NCBI GenBank assembly: GCA_965248355.1
Contig: OZ252098.1
Span: forward strand, 1,664,001-1,728,000
Direction: 5' to 3'
DNA length: 64,000 nt
Source of the DNA: Candidatus Latescibacterota bacterium
GTDB lineage: Bacteria; Latescibacterota; UBA2968; UBA8231
Below, one piece after another: positions 21,301-31,500 of this stretch (the stretch's first letter is position 1; each line of letters opens with the position of its first letter). Both the position numbers and the translations under genes were made by a program. The notes beneath the pieces were generated by a model. It made no database searches, was not told the origin of the DNA, and was given only the letters and a program-made list of their open reading frames with translations.

Positions 21301-21826
21301 CCAGGCGCAGGACCTCCTCCACGTCGGCCGGGTAGAAGGTGGGCACCCAGCTCGAGCGCAGGGCCCAGTCGCTGGCCCCGGGGGAGACGGAGCTCTTGGA
21401 GCGGTGGTCCTCGCCGCACAGCAGGACCATGGAGCCGCGGCCCGAGGAGCCGGTGAGGTTGGCGAGCCAGGTCTCGTCCGGGATCCACATGGTGCCGTGG
21501 GCCTTCCCGTACCAGAAGGCGTCCACGTCGGCCGAGGGCGCGTACTGGCTGCCGAGCATGGCCGAGGCCGCCGTCTTCTCGTTGATGCCGAACTGGTGGA
21601 CCGTGCGCCCCGACTCGTTGAGGAGGTCCAGCTCTTCGACCACGGCCAGGTCGAGCCCGCCCAGGGGCGAGCCCTCGTAGCCGCTGATGTAGGTCTGGTT
21701 GACGGAGGCGCCCGATTCGCGGTCGTGGCGCTGCTTGTCCAGGAGCAGGCGGACGATGGCCTCGACACCGGTGAGGAAAACGGTGCCGTCTCGCTTTCGA
21801 AACTTGTCGGAGAGCGCTGGAGGCAA
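18368..21826 (-). CDS. Indolepyruvate:ferredoxin oxidoreductase family, fused alpha/beta single chain
   Basis: Motifs SGYEGSPLGGLD, TPP-binding GDGSYFHSG, ferredoxin CEGCGDC...C, GRGGTGVVT, GLAQKGG and YKDEYEVARL. Confidence 0.9.
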   Translation of the reverse strand: MPPALSDKFRKRDGTVFLTGVEAIVRLLLDKQRHDRESGASVNQTYISGYEGSPLGGLDLAVVEELDLLNESGRTVHQFGINEKTAASAMLGSQYAPSADVDAFWYGKAHGTMWIPDETWLANLTGSSGRGSMVLLCGEDHRSKSSVSPGASDWALRSSWVPTFYPADVEEVLRLGAHAIALSRWLGMVTALKLVTPVCDGASTVRGDAARFDARLPDPGYVKRFHPIVMALGALPMQRELVERKAPLAEAYVRLNELNRTHWPEAGGPLGIVATGKSFVDVAQALELLGVRAPTLQLSVTWPLDREAVRRFAAESGVERVLVVEEPGPFVEEGVKAALWGTGVREVLGERDGSGRPLVPSWGEVDPEALAGLMSPLLGQRSPPPALRHVESIGQRRLPQVPKVAPMSCGGCPYNSFRALEGEKPGGAIGCSSIRAMEAYDEGVLYIPTMGAGGSIYSGTAVFNDNRHIFQYLGDGSYFHSGRGAVQSCVQGDVNITFLLLFNGSVALTGGQQPGGARSVAEVAGELIALGVREVGIVGDQTASYGTVAGDRRVRLFPLQRQAEAIAHYRQAPGTTVIILDKECATEKGRRRRRQGGAPDEYVFIDEEICEGCGDCLRQSEGCAALYSVDTELGDKTQVQQASCMQDELCLDGECPSFLTVQAKGRTRLARRSPPILDEIPEPRRRQLAEEETFTLFTVGRGGTGVVTVSHLIAWAALLDGLCVYLSNNTGLAQKGGPVEAPIQLGRSRQPAFHRLLPGSADLYIGFDLLRAAEPSNLRYADPGRTVAVVSTTRLPTAELNRHPEMRFPDPDRLAETIDACSRKDDNLYVDTYWLAEGLFGDILFANVILLGVACQSGQLPLSARSLEAVIRLNGKAVEDNLRAFRWGRLAVADPSRVHAAVGSPRPDAASVVERSRARLAADREGLAEHERALRSLELSAEGERVVSHRIAHLVDWQDSAWAGRYVRVLERVRDAERAAEAAGPGERLTLSVARSLHRLMTYKDEYEVARLISEGESSRRIEALFDGPVRVSHKLHPPTLRPFGLGKIRLGPWIRPLMGLLYRFRGLRGTALDPFRRTPCRRLERELIPWYEGVLEELLESLERGAGLDAILGIAAAPERIRGFEHVKEASARQVRDQVRAELEELAKVRA

Positions 21827-22074
21827 GGGCGGACCTGCTCTATCTTGCGGTTTTTACAGGGGTTGGGTGGCCTGAGTATAGCTCCGTCCTCGATCCGCGG
21901 CAAGCTGGTTCGCGGCCCGGCCGCGGCCCTCCACCCCGGGTGCGGGCCGGCGCGGAGGGGTTCGGTTCATGGCGCCTTCGAATCCGGGGTTCACGGGGTT
22001 GCCCGGCCGAGGCCGGCGCCCGTAAATTCGCCCCCCCTTCGTTTGAGTCAGCCCTCTCTACAGGAAGCCCCGCA

Positions 22075-22371
22075 ATGGCCGAGACCATCGACGAGTTGAC
22101 CATCCACTACGAGGAAGACGGGCAGGTCCTGCGCAAGCAGCTCGACAAGGAGGTCCTGAGCAAGGGCTCGTGGACGACGATCATGTTCCTCTACCAGGAC
22201 CTCGACCGCCGGACCGGCGAGTACGGCAACCAGAAGGTCTCCATCCGGCGCTACCAGAAGCGTGAGGGCACCTACCAGCAGCGCAGCAAGTTCGAGATCT
22301 CGAGCCCGGCCCAGGCCCGCGCCGTACGCGACCGCATCGAAGGCTGGTTCGGCAACGAGGACCGGCCGTGA
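22075..22371 (+). CDS. Small hypothetical protein (98 aa)
   Basis: Strong host codon usage, RBS AGGA, and GTGA coupling to the next gene. Confidence 0.75.
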   Translation: MAETIDELTIHYEEDGQVLRKQLDKEVLSKGSWTTIMFLYQDLDRRTGEYGNQKVSIRRYQKREGTYQQRSKFEISSPAQARAVRDRIEGWFGNEDRP

Positions 22372-23429
22372 GCCACACCTATCGGGCCGTCCTGGCGGGA
22401 CTGACCGGCATCGGGTCCGGCCGCATCCAGGAGAGCGGGGGCTCGCCCGTGTACCGGCCCATGCCCGGGTCCCACGCCGCGGCCTACCACGAGCACCCGA
22501 GGACCGAGCTGGTGGCCGTCTGCGACCTGCGGCAGGAGGCGATCGACGAGTTCCTGGCCAGGTGGGGCGACGTCTGGCCCCAGGTGCGCGCCTACACCGA
22601 CTTCGCCGAAATGGTGGCCCGGGAGGAGGCCGATCTCGTCAGCATCGCCACCTCCGACCACGCCCATGCCGACCTGTGCGTGCAGGCCGCCGAGGCCGGG
22701 GCCCGGGCGATCCTGTGCGAGAAGCCGATCGCCACCACCCTCGCCGACGCCGACCGCATGATCGCCGCCTGTGAGGCCCACGGCGTGCCCCTCTCCGTCG
22801 AGCACACGCGGCGCTGGGACCCGCGGCATCTCGCCGCCCGGCGCATCCTGCGCAGCGGCGATCTCGGTCCGGTGCGCACCATCTCGGCAGAGCTCTTCAG
22901 CCGCCGCGCCATGCTCTTCCGCAACGGCACCCACCTGATCGACCTGATCCCCTTCTTCGCCGAGAGGGAGGTGCAGTGGCTGGTGGCCGATCTCGAGGAC
23001 GGCTTCGAGGATTACAATGAGTACGCCGGCGACGGGGGCCGCGACCCGGACCTGGAACCCTGCGTCTCGGCCTACCTCCGGTGCGCCGGGGACGTGCGCG
23101 TCTTCGTCAACATCTACAAGGCGGCCTTTCCGGGATCCCAAGTGATCATCACCTGCGAGGAGGGCCGCATCGAGGTGAGCGACCGCGGCGGCCGGGTGAT
23201 CCGCGGCAGCTCCCACTTCGACTGGACGGCCTCCGAGCTCCGGGTGGACAGCTTCCTCTACGAACGCCAGCTGGCGGCGGTCCACGAGCTGATCGAGAAG
23301 CTCGAGAACCCGGAGACCGAGCTCGCCTCCTCCGGCCGGGAGGCTCGCAAGACCCTGGAGATCATCCTGGCCATGCTCGCCAGCCACACCGCGGGCAACC
23401 GCCGGGTGGACCTGCCCCTGTCTTCCTGA
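22368..23429 (+). CDS. Gfo/Idh/MocA-family oxidoreductase
   Basis: Motifs LVAVCD, CEKP and NGTHLID. Confidence 0.88.
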   Translation: MSHTYRAVLAGLTGIGSGRIQESGGSPVYRPMPGSHAAAYHEHPRTELVAVCDLRQEAIDEFLARWGDVWPQVRAYTDFAEMVAREEADLVSIATSDHAHADLCVQAAEAGARAILCEKPIATTLADADRMIAACEAHGVPLSVEHTRRWDPRHLAARRILRSGDLGPVRTISAELFSRRAMLFRNGTHLIDLIPFFAEREVQWLVADLEDGFEDYNEYAGDGGRDPDLEPCVSAYLRCAGDVRVFVNIYKAAFPGSQVIITCEEGRIEVSDRGGRVIRGSSHFDWTASELRVDSFLYERQLAAVHELIEKLENPETELASSGREARKTLEIILAMLASHTAGNRRVDLPLSS

Positions 23430-23538
23430 ACCTGCCGTGGCTGCACGTCGTCGGCCAGGACGAAGACGTCCGCCTGGCCTGGTCCCGGCCTCCTTCACCA
23501 GGACGAGAACCGTGGATGCGGGCCGCCGCTCTCATCGC

Positions 23539-23567
23539 TTGTCCGTTCCCGGGACCGGGGTTATACT
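23539..23567 (+). promoter_or_regulatory. Sigma-70-type promoter of ispG (probably leaderless)
   Basis: TTGTCC-17-TATACT with the ATG 7 nt downstream and no SD. Confidence 0.6.
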
Positions 23568-23574
23568 CGCCCTC

Positions 23575-24711
23575 ATGGGCGAGCGTCCGCGAAATCCCAC
23601 CCGTTCGGTCCGCATCGGCGATCTGTCCATCGGCGCCGGGCACCCCGTGGCCGTGCAGAGCATGGCCGCTACGCGCACCCAGGACGTGGAGGCCACCCTC
23701 CGCCAGGTCCGGCTGCTGGAGGCGGCGGGGGCGGATATCATCCGGATCGCCGTGGACAGCCGCAAGGACACGGAGGCCCTGGCCCAGGTGGCCGAGTCCG
23801 CCACCCGGCCCCTCTCCGTCGACCTGCAGGAGAACTACCGCCTGGCCGAGGTCGTGGCTCCCCACGTGCAGAAGATCCGCTACAATCCCGGTCATCTCTA
23901 CCATCATGAGCGCCGGCGCCCCGAACGCGACAAGGTTGCGTACCTGGCGGAGGTGGCCGCGGCCAACGACTGCGCCATTCGCGTGGGCGTGAACTGCGGC
24001 TCCGTCGATCCGGCCAAGGCCGAGCAGTTCCCGGAGGACGACTCCATAGGGCCCATGCTCGCCTCCGCCCTCGAGCACTGCGAGATGCTCGATACCATCG
24101 GCTTCGAGCGCTACTGCGTCTCCCTGAAGGACTCCGACCCGAACAAGGTCATCGACGCCAACCGCCGCTTCGCCGAGCAGCGTCCCGACGTCCCCCTGCA
24201 CCTCGGCGTCACCGAGGCGGGCATGCCCCCCGACGGCGTCATCAAGACCCGGATCGCCTTCGAGCAGCTGCTCTCCGACGGCATCGGCGACACCGTCCGC
24301 GTCTCCCTCACCCTGCCCTTCGACGACAAGGGGGAGGAGATCACCACGGGCCGCCGGATCCTCGAGGACATCGAGGCCGGCCGCTTCCGGTCGGTGCCCC
24401 GGTACCGGCCCGAGGGCATCAACATCATCTCCTGTCCCTCCTGCTCGCGGGTCGAGAACGAGGCCTTCATCGAGCTGGCCCACAAGGTCCGGGATGTGAC
24501 CGAGTACGCGAAGATGCACTCCATCACCATCGCCGTCATGGGGTGCCGCGTGAACGGGCCGGGAGAGACCGACGACGCCGATCTCGGCTTGTGGTGCGCG
24601 CCGACCTTCGTCAACCTGAAGCGCGGTCCCGAGCTGGTGGGCCGGTTCGGCTACGACGAGGTCCTCGACCGGCTCCGGGAGCAGGTCGACCAGGTGATCA
24701 CGTCGCGCTGA
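23575..24711 (+). CDS. ispG: 4-hydroxy-3-methylbut-2-en-1-yl diphosphate synthase
   Basis: Motifs [37 protein letters not shown] and [11 protein letters not shown]. Confidence 0.95.
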   Translation: MGERPRNPTRSVRIGDLSIGAGHPVAVQSMAATRTQDVEATLRQVRLLEAAGADIIRIAVDSRKDTEALAQVAESATRPLSVDLQENYRLAEVVAPHVQKIRYNPGHLYHHERRRPERDKVAYLAEVAAANDCAIRVGVNCGSVDPAKAEQFPEDDSIGPMLASALEHCEMLDTIGFERYCVSLKDSDPNKVIDANRRFAEQRPDVPLHLGVTEAGMPPDGVIKTRIAFEQLLSDGIGDTVRVSLTLPFDDKGEEITTGRRILEDIEAGRFRSVPRYRPEGINIISCPSCSRVENEAFIELAHKVRDVTEYAKMHSITIAVMGCRVNGPGETDDADLGLWCAPTFVNLKRGPELVGRFGYDEVLDRLREQVDQVITSR

Positions 24712-25627
24712 AGCCCCCGCGGCGATCCACCCCCCACCTCGAGAGCTCCGCCTCCAGGGCCCGCCGGCCCTCGTCGTCGAGATCAACCCTCGGCGGCCGC
24801 ACCCGTCCGCCGCACAGACCCGCGGCGTCGAGGCCGGCCTTGATCAGGGCCTCCCCGTAGCGGTTCCGCAGCCTCTCCAGCGGCGCCAGCCGGCGCTGGA
24901 TCTCGACCATCTTCCCCCACTCCCGCTGCCTGGCCAGCCGCTCAAGCTCCAGTTCCGGCCCGGGCAGGAAGTTGATGAAGCCCGCCGTGAACCCCTCGAT
25001 CCCCGCCTGGTAGCGCAGGTGGAGGACGCCCGGGTCGTGGCGCTTGTTGCCGATCCAGACGAAGCGGTCCCCCAGGCGCTGGATGGCCCGGAACAGGGGA
25101 TGGTCGTCGAGGCACGGGTCCTTGACGCCGATCACGGCGTCGATGCCGGCGAGGCGCTCGAAGAACCCGGCGCTCCAGCCCTGGGTGTTGTACGGGAACA
25201 GCCACAAGCCGGGGACGCGCTCGGCGATCAGGCGCAGGTGGTCGAGGACGCCGGTGAGGTCGTCGGGGACCCCGTTGCGCTGGAAGGGCGGCATGGCCAG
25301 GCAGACGCGGGCCCCGGCGGCCCGGCAGCGGTGAGCCAGCTCCACGGCGGCGGCGCTGTTGCCCGGCAGGGTGGGGGTCACCAGGGCCGCGTCGCCGACG
25401 GTCTCCAGGGCCACCTCGGCCAGGCGCCCCAGCTCCTCGGCGCTCAGGGCGTCGATCTCCCCCGTGCCGCCGCCGACGTTGATCACGCGCACGCCCTGGT
25501 CGACCAGGAACCGCAGGTTGCCGGCGAAGCCCTCCCAGTCGACGCTCAGCAGGTCGTCGGCGCGGAAGGGCGTGACCGCGTAGGCGTGCACGGCCTTCAG
25601 CTGTTGGCGCAGATCCTGCGTCACCAT
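24698..25627 (-). CDS. Dihydrodipicolinate synthase (DapA)-family lyase, KdgD-like
   Basis: Motifs VTPF, GGTGE, YN and VIGVKD (Schiff-base Lys). Start reassigned to the ATG at 25627. Confidence 0.8.
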   Translation of the reverse strand: MVTQDLRQQLKAVHAYAVTPFRADDLLSVDWEGFAGNLRFLVDQGVRVINVGGGTGEIDALSAEELGRLAEVALETVGDAALVTPTLPGNSAAAVELAHRCRAAGARVCLAMPPFQRNGVPDDLTGVLDHLRLIAERVPGLWLFPYNTQGWSAGFFERLAGIDAVIGVKDPCLDDHPLFRAIQRLGDRFVWIGNKRHDPGVLHLRYQAGIEGFTAGFINFLPGPELELERLARQREWGKMVEIQRRLAPLERLRNRYGEALIKAGLDAAGLCGGRVRPPRVDLDDEGRRALEAELSRWGVDRRGGFSAT

Positions 25628-25674
25628 CCTCTCCTTCCCGGTGGCCGGCCGTCGCTTCGGGCGGCGGTTTTTCG

Positions 25675-25704
25675 CATAATAGGCGGCCCTCTCAAGACGG
25701 TCAA
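25675..25704. promoter_or_regulatory. Overlapping divergent promoters
   Basis: Minus strand TTGACC-17-TATTAT; plus strand CATAAT overlaps the same -10 bases. Confidence 0.5.
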
Positions 25705-25721
25705 CGAAAGGCGAACAGGAG

Positions 25722-26459
25722 ATGATCACGGGAGAAGTCAGGCTGTGGAAGCTTACCCGCAAGCAGATCCGGGAACGTCTGGCGGCGGGTCAGATCAAGG
25801 GCGTCATCCTGCCCACGGGCAGCACCGAGCAGCACAACGAGCACCTGGAGATCGAGCACGACACGGCCAGCGCCGTCCACGTGGCGCACCAGGCGGCCCT
25901 CGGCCTGTTTCCCAAGGTCGTGGTGGCCACGCCGATCGCGGTGGGCATCTCGGAGCACTGGATGGAGTGGCCGGGCACGCTGACCCTGCGGCCCGAGACC
26001 TTCTTCTCCGTCGCCTACGACACCTGCGAGAGCCTCGCCCGCCACGGCGTGGAGCACGTGCTGATCTGCAACGGCCACGCCGGCAACAGTCCCCTGAAGG
26101 AGCAGGTGGCCGGTTTCAGCGACAAGCTCGGCATCGACGTGCGGTTCCACTCCTACTGGGAGGCCTACTCCCGGGAACTGGTGGAACAGCAGATGGAGTC
26201 GGGCGACTGTCCGGCCCACGCCGCCGAGTTCGAGACCTCCTTCGCCCTGGCCGCCTTCCCGGAAAACGTCCACTGGGAGGGCGTCGACTACGACGCCGAG
26301 ACCTTCGACATCCAGCGCGAGGGCTATCGCGACCGCGACGCCCCCTACCACTACGCCGCCCGGGACTTTGCCACCCCCCACAAGGGCCGCGTCATGATCG
26401 ACGCCGCCGTCGAGTGGGTGGCCGGACGGATCACGGAGATGATGGAGGATCCCAATTGA
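25722..26459 (+). CDS. Creatininase-family amidohydrolase
   Basis: Motifs PTGSTEQHNEHL..D, GISEHW, NGHAGN and HAAEFETS. Confidence 0.85.
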   Translation: MITGEVRLWKLTRKQIRERLAAGQIKGVILPTGSTEQHNEHLEIEHDTASAVHVAHQAALGLFPKVVVATPIAVGISEHWMEWPGTLTLRPETFFSVAYDTCESLARHGVEHVLICNGHAGNSPLKEQVAGFSDKLGIDVRFHSYWEAYSRELVEQQMESGDCPAHAAEFETSFALAAFPENVHWEGVDYDAETFDIQREGYRDRDAPYHYAARDFATPHKGRVMIDAAVEWVAGRITEMMEDPN

Positions 26460-27196
26460 AGAACCCGATCCGCGAGGACCTGGCCGCCGGGCGGCCCTCG
26501 GTGGGCTCCTGGTTGAACCTGGCCTCGCCCCTGGCGGCGGAGGTCATGGCCGGCGCCGGCTTCCCGTGGCTGTGCGTCGACGCCGAGCACGCCGCCTACG
26601 ACATGGAGTCGATCGCCCACTCCTTGCGCGCCATCGAGTCGCGGGGCGCCTTTCCCCTGGTGCGCGCCTGGGACCACGACCCGGTGACCGCCGGCCGGCT
26701 CCTCGACGCCGGCGCCCGGGGGATCTGCTTCCCCCACGTGAGCAACCCGGAGCAGGCCGAGTCCCTGGCCCGGGCGATGCGCTACCCGCCGCGGGGCACG
26801 CGCTCCTCCGGCACCGGCCGCTGCGTCACCCTCGATCCGGCCTACCGGTCCCTGGCCGACGACGACGTGCTCTGCATCCCCCAGATCGAGGACCCCGAGG
26901 GCATCGACCAGGCCGAGGCGATCGCCCGCGTCGAGGGCGTCGACATCGGCTTCCTGGGGCCCAGCGACCTGGCCCTGGCCATGGGCGTGGAGCCCGGCTG
27001 CGACGAGCACGAGGCCGCCCTGCAGCGGTTCCGCGAGGGCTGCGCCCGGGCCGGGACCCCCTCCGGCATCCCCGCCCCCGACGGGGCCGCGGCCAGACGG
27101 CGGATCGCCGAGGGCTTCCGGTTCATCGACCTGGCCAACGACTTCCGCTTCCTCCAGCAGGCGGCCGAGGCCGAGCGCAAGGCCGCCCTGTCCTGA
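26456..27196 (+). CDS. HpcH/HpaI-family aldolase
   Basis: TTG start overlaps the upstream stop. Motifs VDAEH, LDAGA.G, RYPPRG.R, QIE and GPSDL. Confidence 0.88.
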   Translation: MKNPIREDLAAGRPSVGSWLNLASPLAAEVMAGAGFPWLCVDAEHAAYDMESIAHSLRAIESRGAFPLVRAWDHDPVTAGRLLDAGARGICFPHVSNPEQAESLARAMRYPPRGTRSSGTGRCVTLDPAYRSLADDDVLCIPQIEDPEGIDQAEAIARVEGVDIGFLGPSDLALAMGVEPGCDEHEAALQRFREGCARAGTPSGIPAPDGAAARRRIAEGFRFIDLANDFRFLQQAAEAERKAALS

Positions 27197-27228
27197 CCCC
27201 GGCGCCGGTGCGGCGGCCGGGCCGGCCG

Positions 27229-28560
27229 TCACGCCACGGGCTCGAAGGCCGGCGGCAGCGGTAGACCCGAGACCCGCGCGTCCTTCAGGGTCCGCGCGTG
27301 GACGCAGGCGCCTCGGTACGAGAACCCCTTGCACTCGCAGATGACGTCGGTGCCCACCGCCTCGACCCGGTAGTGGACGCCGGCCTTGGTGGAGCTGGCC
27401 ACGCGGTAGACCGATCGCCGGGGACCGCTCAGCACGGCGGCGAGGGCCTGGATCGCCTTCTCCGACACGGGCGCGAGCCGGCCCATGGCTGACGGGTCCG
27501 CACCAGGCGCTTGTTCTGCCATGTACTGCTGCACCTCGTCGGAGCTCAGCTGGTCCGGGTCCAGGGTCCCGAGCCTCCGCCTCAAGCCCTCGAGCACGCG
27601 CCGCAGCTCGGTGAGCAGGTCGGCCTGCGGCCTCCGGCCGAGGGAACGGCCTTCGACCACGTCGTCCACCAGACGCGCCTTGGTCTCGAGCAGAGACCGG
27701 ATGAACTCCTCGATCGTGCCCCGCGCCACCATGTAGGTGACGTTCACCGTGCCGGTCTGGCCGATGCGGTGGGGCCCGGTCCTCCGCCTGCCAGTGGTTG
27801 GCCGGGACCCAGTCGAGGTCGTTGAAGACCACCTGGCGCGTCGCCGCCAGGTTGATCCCGGTGCCGGCCGCGTGCAGCTGCCCCACGAAGATGCGAACGC
27901 CCTCGTCCTCCTGGAAGCGATCGACCATCTCCTGGCGTCGCGCCGCGGGCACGTCCCCGCTGATCACCAGGTGCTTCAACTCGTCCACCAACCCCCGCCG
28001 CAGGTCGACCTCGATCCAGGTGCGGATCTTCGGCCGCAGGTCGACCTCGTCCTTGGTGCGGCGCAGCATGATCCCGTGGAGCTGCACGGCCAGCTCGTCG
28101 AGGCGGCTGGCGCCGCTGGTGATCCAGTGTCCGTAGTCGTTCCGGTGGGCGTCGCAGTAGCGCCGGGCGGAGCCGAGGAAGCTCTTGCCGAGAGAGTGGC
28201 CGACGAGCTGCAGCAGCGGAAACAGATCCCGGGGGCGGTTGGTCAGGGGCGTGCCCGTCAGGGCGTGGACCACCGGGTCCCCCGGGCACTCGGAGACCAG
28301 GCGCGGTATCCGGGCTGCGGCGGCGGGTCGGGTCCGCCCACGTGCGTCTCCGCGCCGGGCAGCACGGCGAGGATCTCGCGCTCCCAGTTGCGTTTGACCG
28401 ACGCGGGACAGATGATGAGGTAGGGGCCCTGCGGGGCGGCCTGGGTGAGGCCGTGGATCGACTGGCGCGTCTTGCCCAGCCCCATGTCGTCGGCCAAGAT
28501 CGAGCGCCGCCGGCCGAGCAGGAAGGCCAGCCCCGACTTGGTGCGGGAACAGAGCCGCGG
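27229..28560 (-). pseudogene. Decayed SNF2-family helicase with C-terminal SWIM zinc finger
   Basis: LFPHQ, LADDMGLGKT, LTGTPLTN, QAEDRA/HRIGQ and CECKG..C.H are spread over different frames. No DExH motif II and missing internal segments. Confidence 0.85.
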
Positions 28561-31500
28561 CCGAGAAACCGCCTGCCGGGAGAGATCTGCCCCGACCTGT
28601 TCTCCGACTACGGCCAAGGCCCGAAGCTGCTCGAGCTCGACCGCTTCGAGATCACGCCCGAGATCCTCGCCGATCCGCAGAAGGCCCTGGATGCGATGAT
28701 CCGCCGGCTCTACGGCGGCAAGACGGGATAGGCGCCAGCCTGCCCGTGCTCGCGCAGACGCCGGGACGTCCGGCTCGGCGTCGCGCGTGCCGGTTACCGG
28801 ATCAAGGCCATCTTGCGCACCAGGGCCTGCTCGCCCGCCACCAGGCGATAGAGGTACGTGCCGGAGGCCAACGGCCGCCCGCCTTCGTCGCGGGAGTCCC
28901 AGACCAGAGAATGGACCCCGGCTTCCAGGTAGTCGTCCCACAAGAGAGTGCTCACAGTCTGGCCGGTTATGTTGTAGATCGTGAGTGACACCGGACCGCC
29001 GGTGGGCAGGTTGAAGTAAATCGTCGTGCTCGGGTTGAATGGATTCGGCGCGGTGATCGCCACCAGCACCGAGTCCGGCAAGGCCGACAGGCCGGGGACC
29101 ACCGGCTTGTTGGCTGGGGTCGTCGCTGTGACGCTGGCCGCCGAGCCCGCACCCTGGCCGTTGACCGCACGCACCTCGAAGTTGTACTGAGTGCCACTGC
29201 TCAAGCCTGTGACCGTGCACTGCAGCGTGTCCCCCACACTCGTCCAACTCGACCAACTCCCCCAACTTCCGCTGCTGTAGCTCCTCTTGTGGTATTCGTA
29301 GCGAGTGATGGTTGAGCCGTTCGCACTCGCCGCTGTCCAACTCAACGTTACCTGAGCCCAGCTCGACGACGCCGACAGACTCCCCGGCGCACCCGGCACC
29401 CCCGCCGGACTCTTCGTGATGGTCGACGACGCACCGTTGCCCTGACCGTTCGTCGCACGGATCTGGAACGTATAGTAATAGCCGTTTGTCAACCCTGACA
29501 CCGTGTCCCGGCGGGCCGAGCTGCCCCCCGACGCACTCGACCAACTCGACCAGGACGCACCCGAAACATTCTGCTTATAACGAACACTGTAGCCCGTGAT
29601 CGAGGAACCGTTGCTCGACGCCGTACCCCAACTCAAGCGAACCGTGCCGCTGGCCACCGATCCCGAAAAACTCGGCGGCGCACCCGGCACCCCCGCCGGC
29701 GTCTTCGTGATGGTCGACAACGCACCGTTGCCCTGACCGTTCGTCGCACGGACCTGGAACGTATAGTAATAGCCGTTTGTCAACCCTGACACCGTGTCCC
29801 GGCGGGCCGAACCCCCACCCGAGGCAGTCGACCAACTGGACCACGCACCGTAGGGGCTCTGTCGATAACGAACACTGTAGCTCGTGATCGTCGAGCCGTT
29901 GCTCGACGCCGCACCCCAACTCAAGCGAACCGTGCCGCTGGCCACCGATCCCGAAAAACTCGGCGGCGCACCCGGCACCCCCGCCGGCGTCGCCGTCAGA
30001 CTCGACGACGCTCCGTCCCCCACACCGTTCGTCGCGCGGACCTCGAAAATATAGCTCGAACCGTTCGTCAATCCCGAGACCGTATCCCGGCGGGCCGAGC
30101 TTCCCCCCGACGCACTCGACCAACTCGACCAGGACACACCCGAAACATTCTGCTTATAACGAACACTGTAGCCCGTGATCGACGAACCGTTGCTCGACGC
30201 CGTACCCCAACTCAAGCGAACCGTGCCGCTGGCCACCGATCCCGAAAAACTCGGCGGCGCACCCGGCACCCCCGCCGGCGTCGCCGTCAGACTCGACGAC
30301 GCTCCGTTGCCCTGACCGTTCGTCGCACGGACCTCGAACGTATAGTAATAGCCGTTTGTCAACCCTGACACCGTGTCCCGGCGGGCCGAACCCCCACCCG
30401 AGGCAGTCGACCAACTGGACCACGCACCGTAGGGGCTCTGTCGATAACGAACACTGTAGCTCGTGATCGTCGAGCCGTTGCTCGACGCCGTACCCCAACT
30501 CAAACGAACCTCGCCGCTGGCCGCCGTCCCCGAAAGACTCGGCGCCCCCGGCACACCCGCCGGCGTCGCCGTCAGACTCGACGACGCTCCGTTGCCCACA
30601 CCGTTCGTCGCGCGGACCTCGAACGTATAGCTGCCACCGTTTGTCAACCCTGACACCGTGTCCGCTCGGGCCGAGCGGACACCCGACGCACTCGACCAAC
30701 TCGACCAACTCGCATCAGGAGCCTGCGGCGCATTGTTGTGATAACGAACACTGTACCCCGTGATCGACGAGCCGTTGCTCGACGCCGTACCCCAACTCAA
30801 ACGAATCTCGCCGCTGGCCGCCGTCCCCGAAAGACTCGGCGCCCCCGGCACACCCGCCGGCGTCGCCGTGATGCTCGACGACGAACCGTCCCCCACACCG
30901 TTCGTCGCGCGGACCTCGAACGTATAGCTGCCACCGTTTGTCAACCCTGACACCGTGTCCGCTCGGGCCGAGCCGCCACCCGACGCACTCGACCAACTCG
31001 ACCAACTCGCATCAGGAGCCTGCGGCGCATTGTTGTGATAACGAACACTGTACCCCGTGATCGACGAGCCGTTGCTCGACGCCGTACCCCAACTCAAACG
31101 AATCTCGCCGCTGGCCGCCGTCCCCGAAAGACTCGGCGCCCCCGGCACACCCGCCGGCGTCGCCGTGATGCTCGACGACGAACCGTCCCCCACACCGTTC
31201 GTCGCGCGGACCTCGAACGTATAGCTGCCACCGTTTGTCAACCCTGACACCGTGTCCGCTCGGGCCGAGCCGCCACCCGACGCACTCGACCAACTCGACC
31301 AACTCGCATCAGGAGCCTGCGGCGCATTGTTGTGATAACGAACACTGTACCCCGTGATCGACGAGCCGTTGCTCGACGCCGTACCCCAACTCAAACGAAC
31401 CTCGCCGCTGGAAACCGTCGCAGCCAAACTGTCCGGCGCATCCGGCACACCCGGCACCGTCACCGTGAGACTCGACGATGAACCGTCCCCCACACCGTTC

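Noticed and set aside
17727..22099. 1253-aa and 1088-aa ORFs overlapping the IOR gene
   Set aside because: Shadow frames of a clearly identifiable gene.
27229..28560. SNF2 helicase as part of an intact anti-phage system
   Set aside because: The gene is fragmented and no partner methylase or nuclease genes are present.
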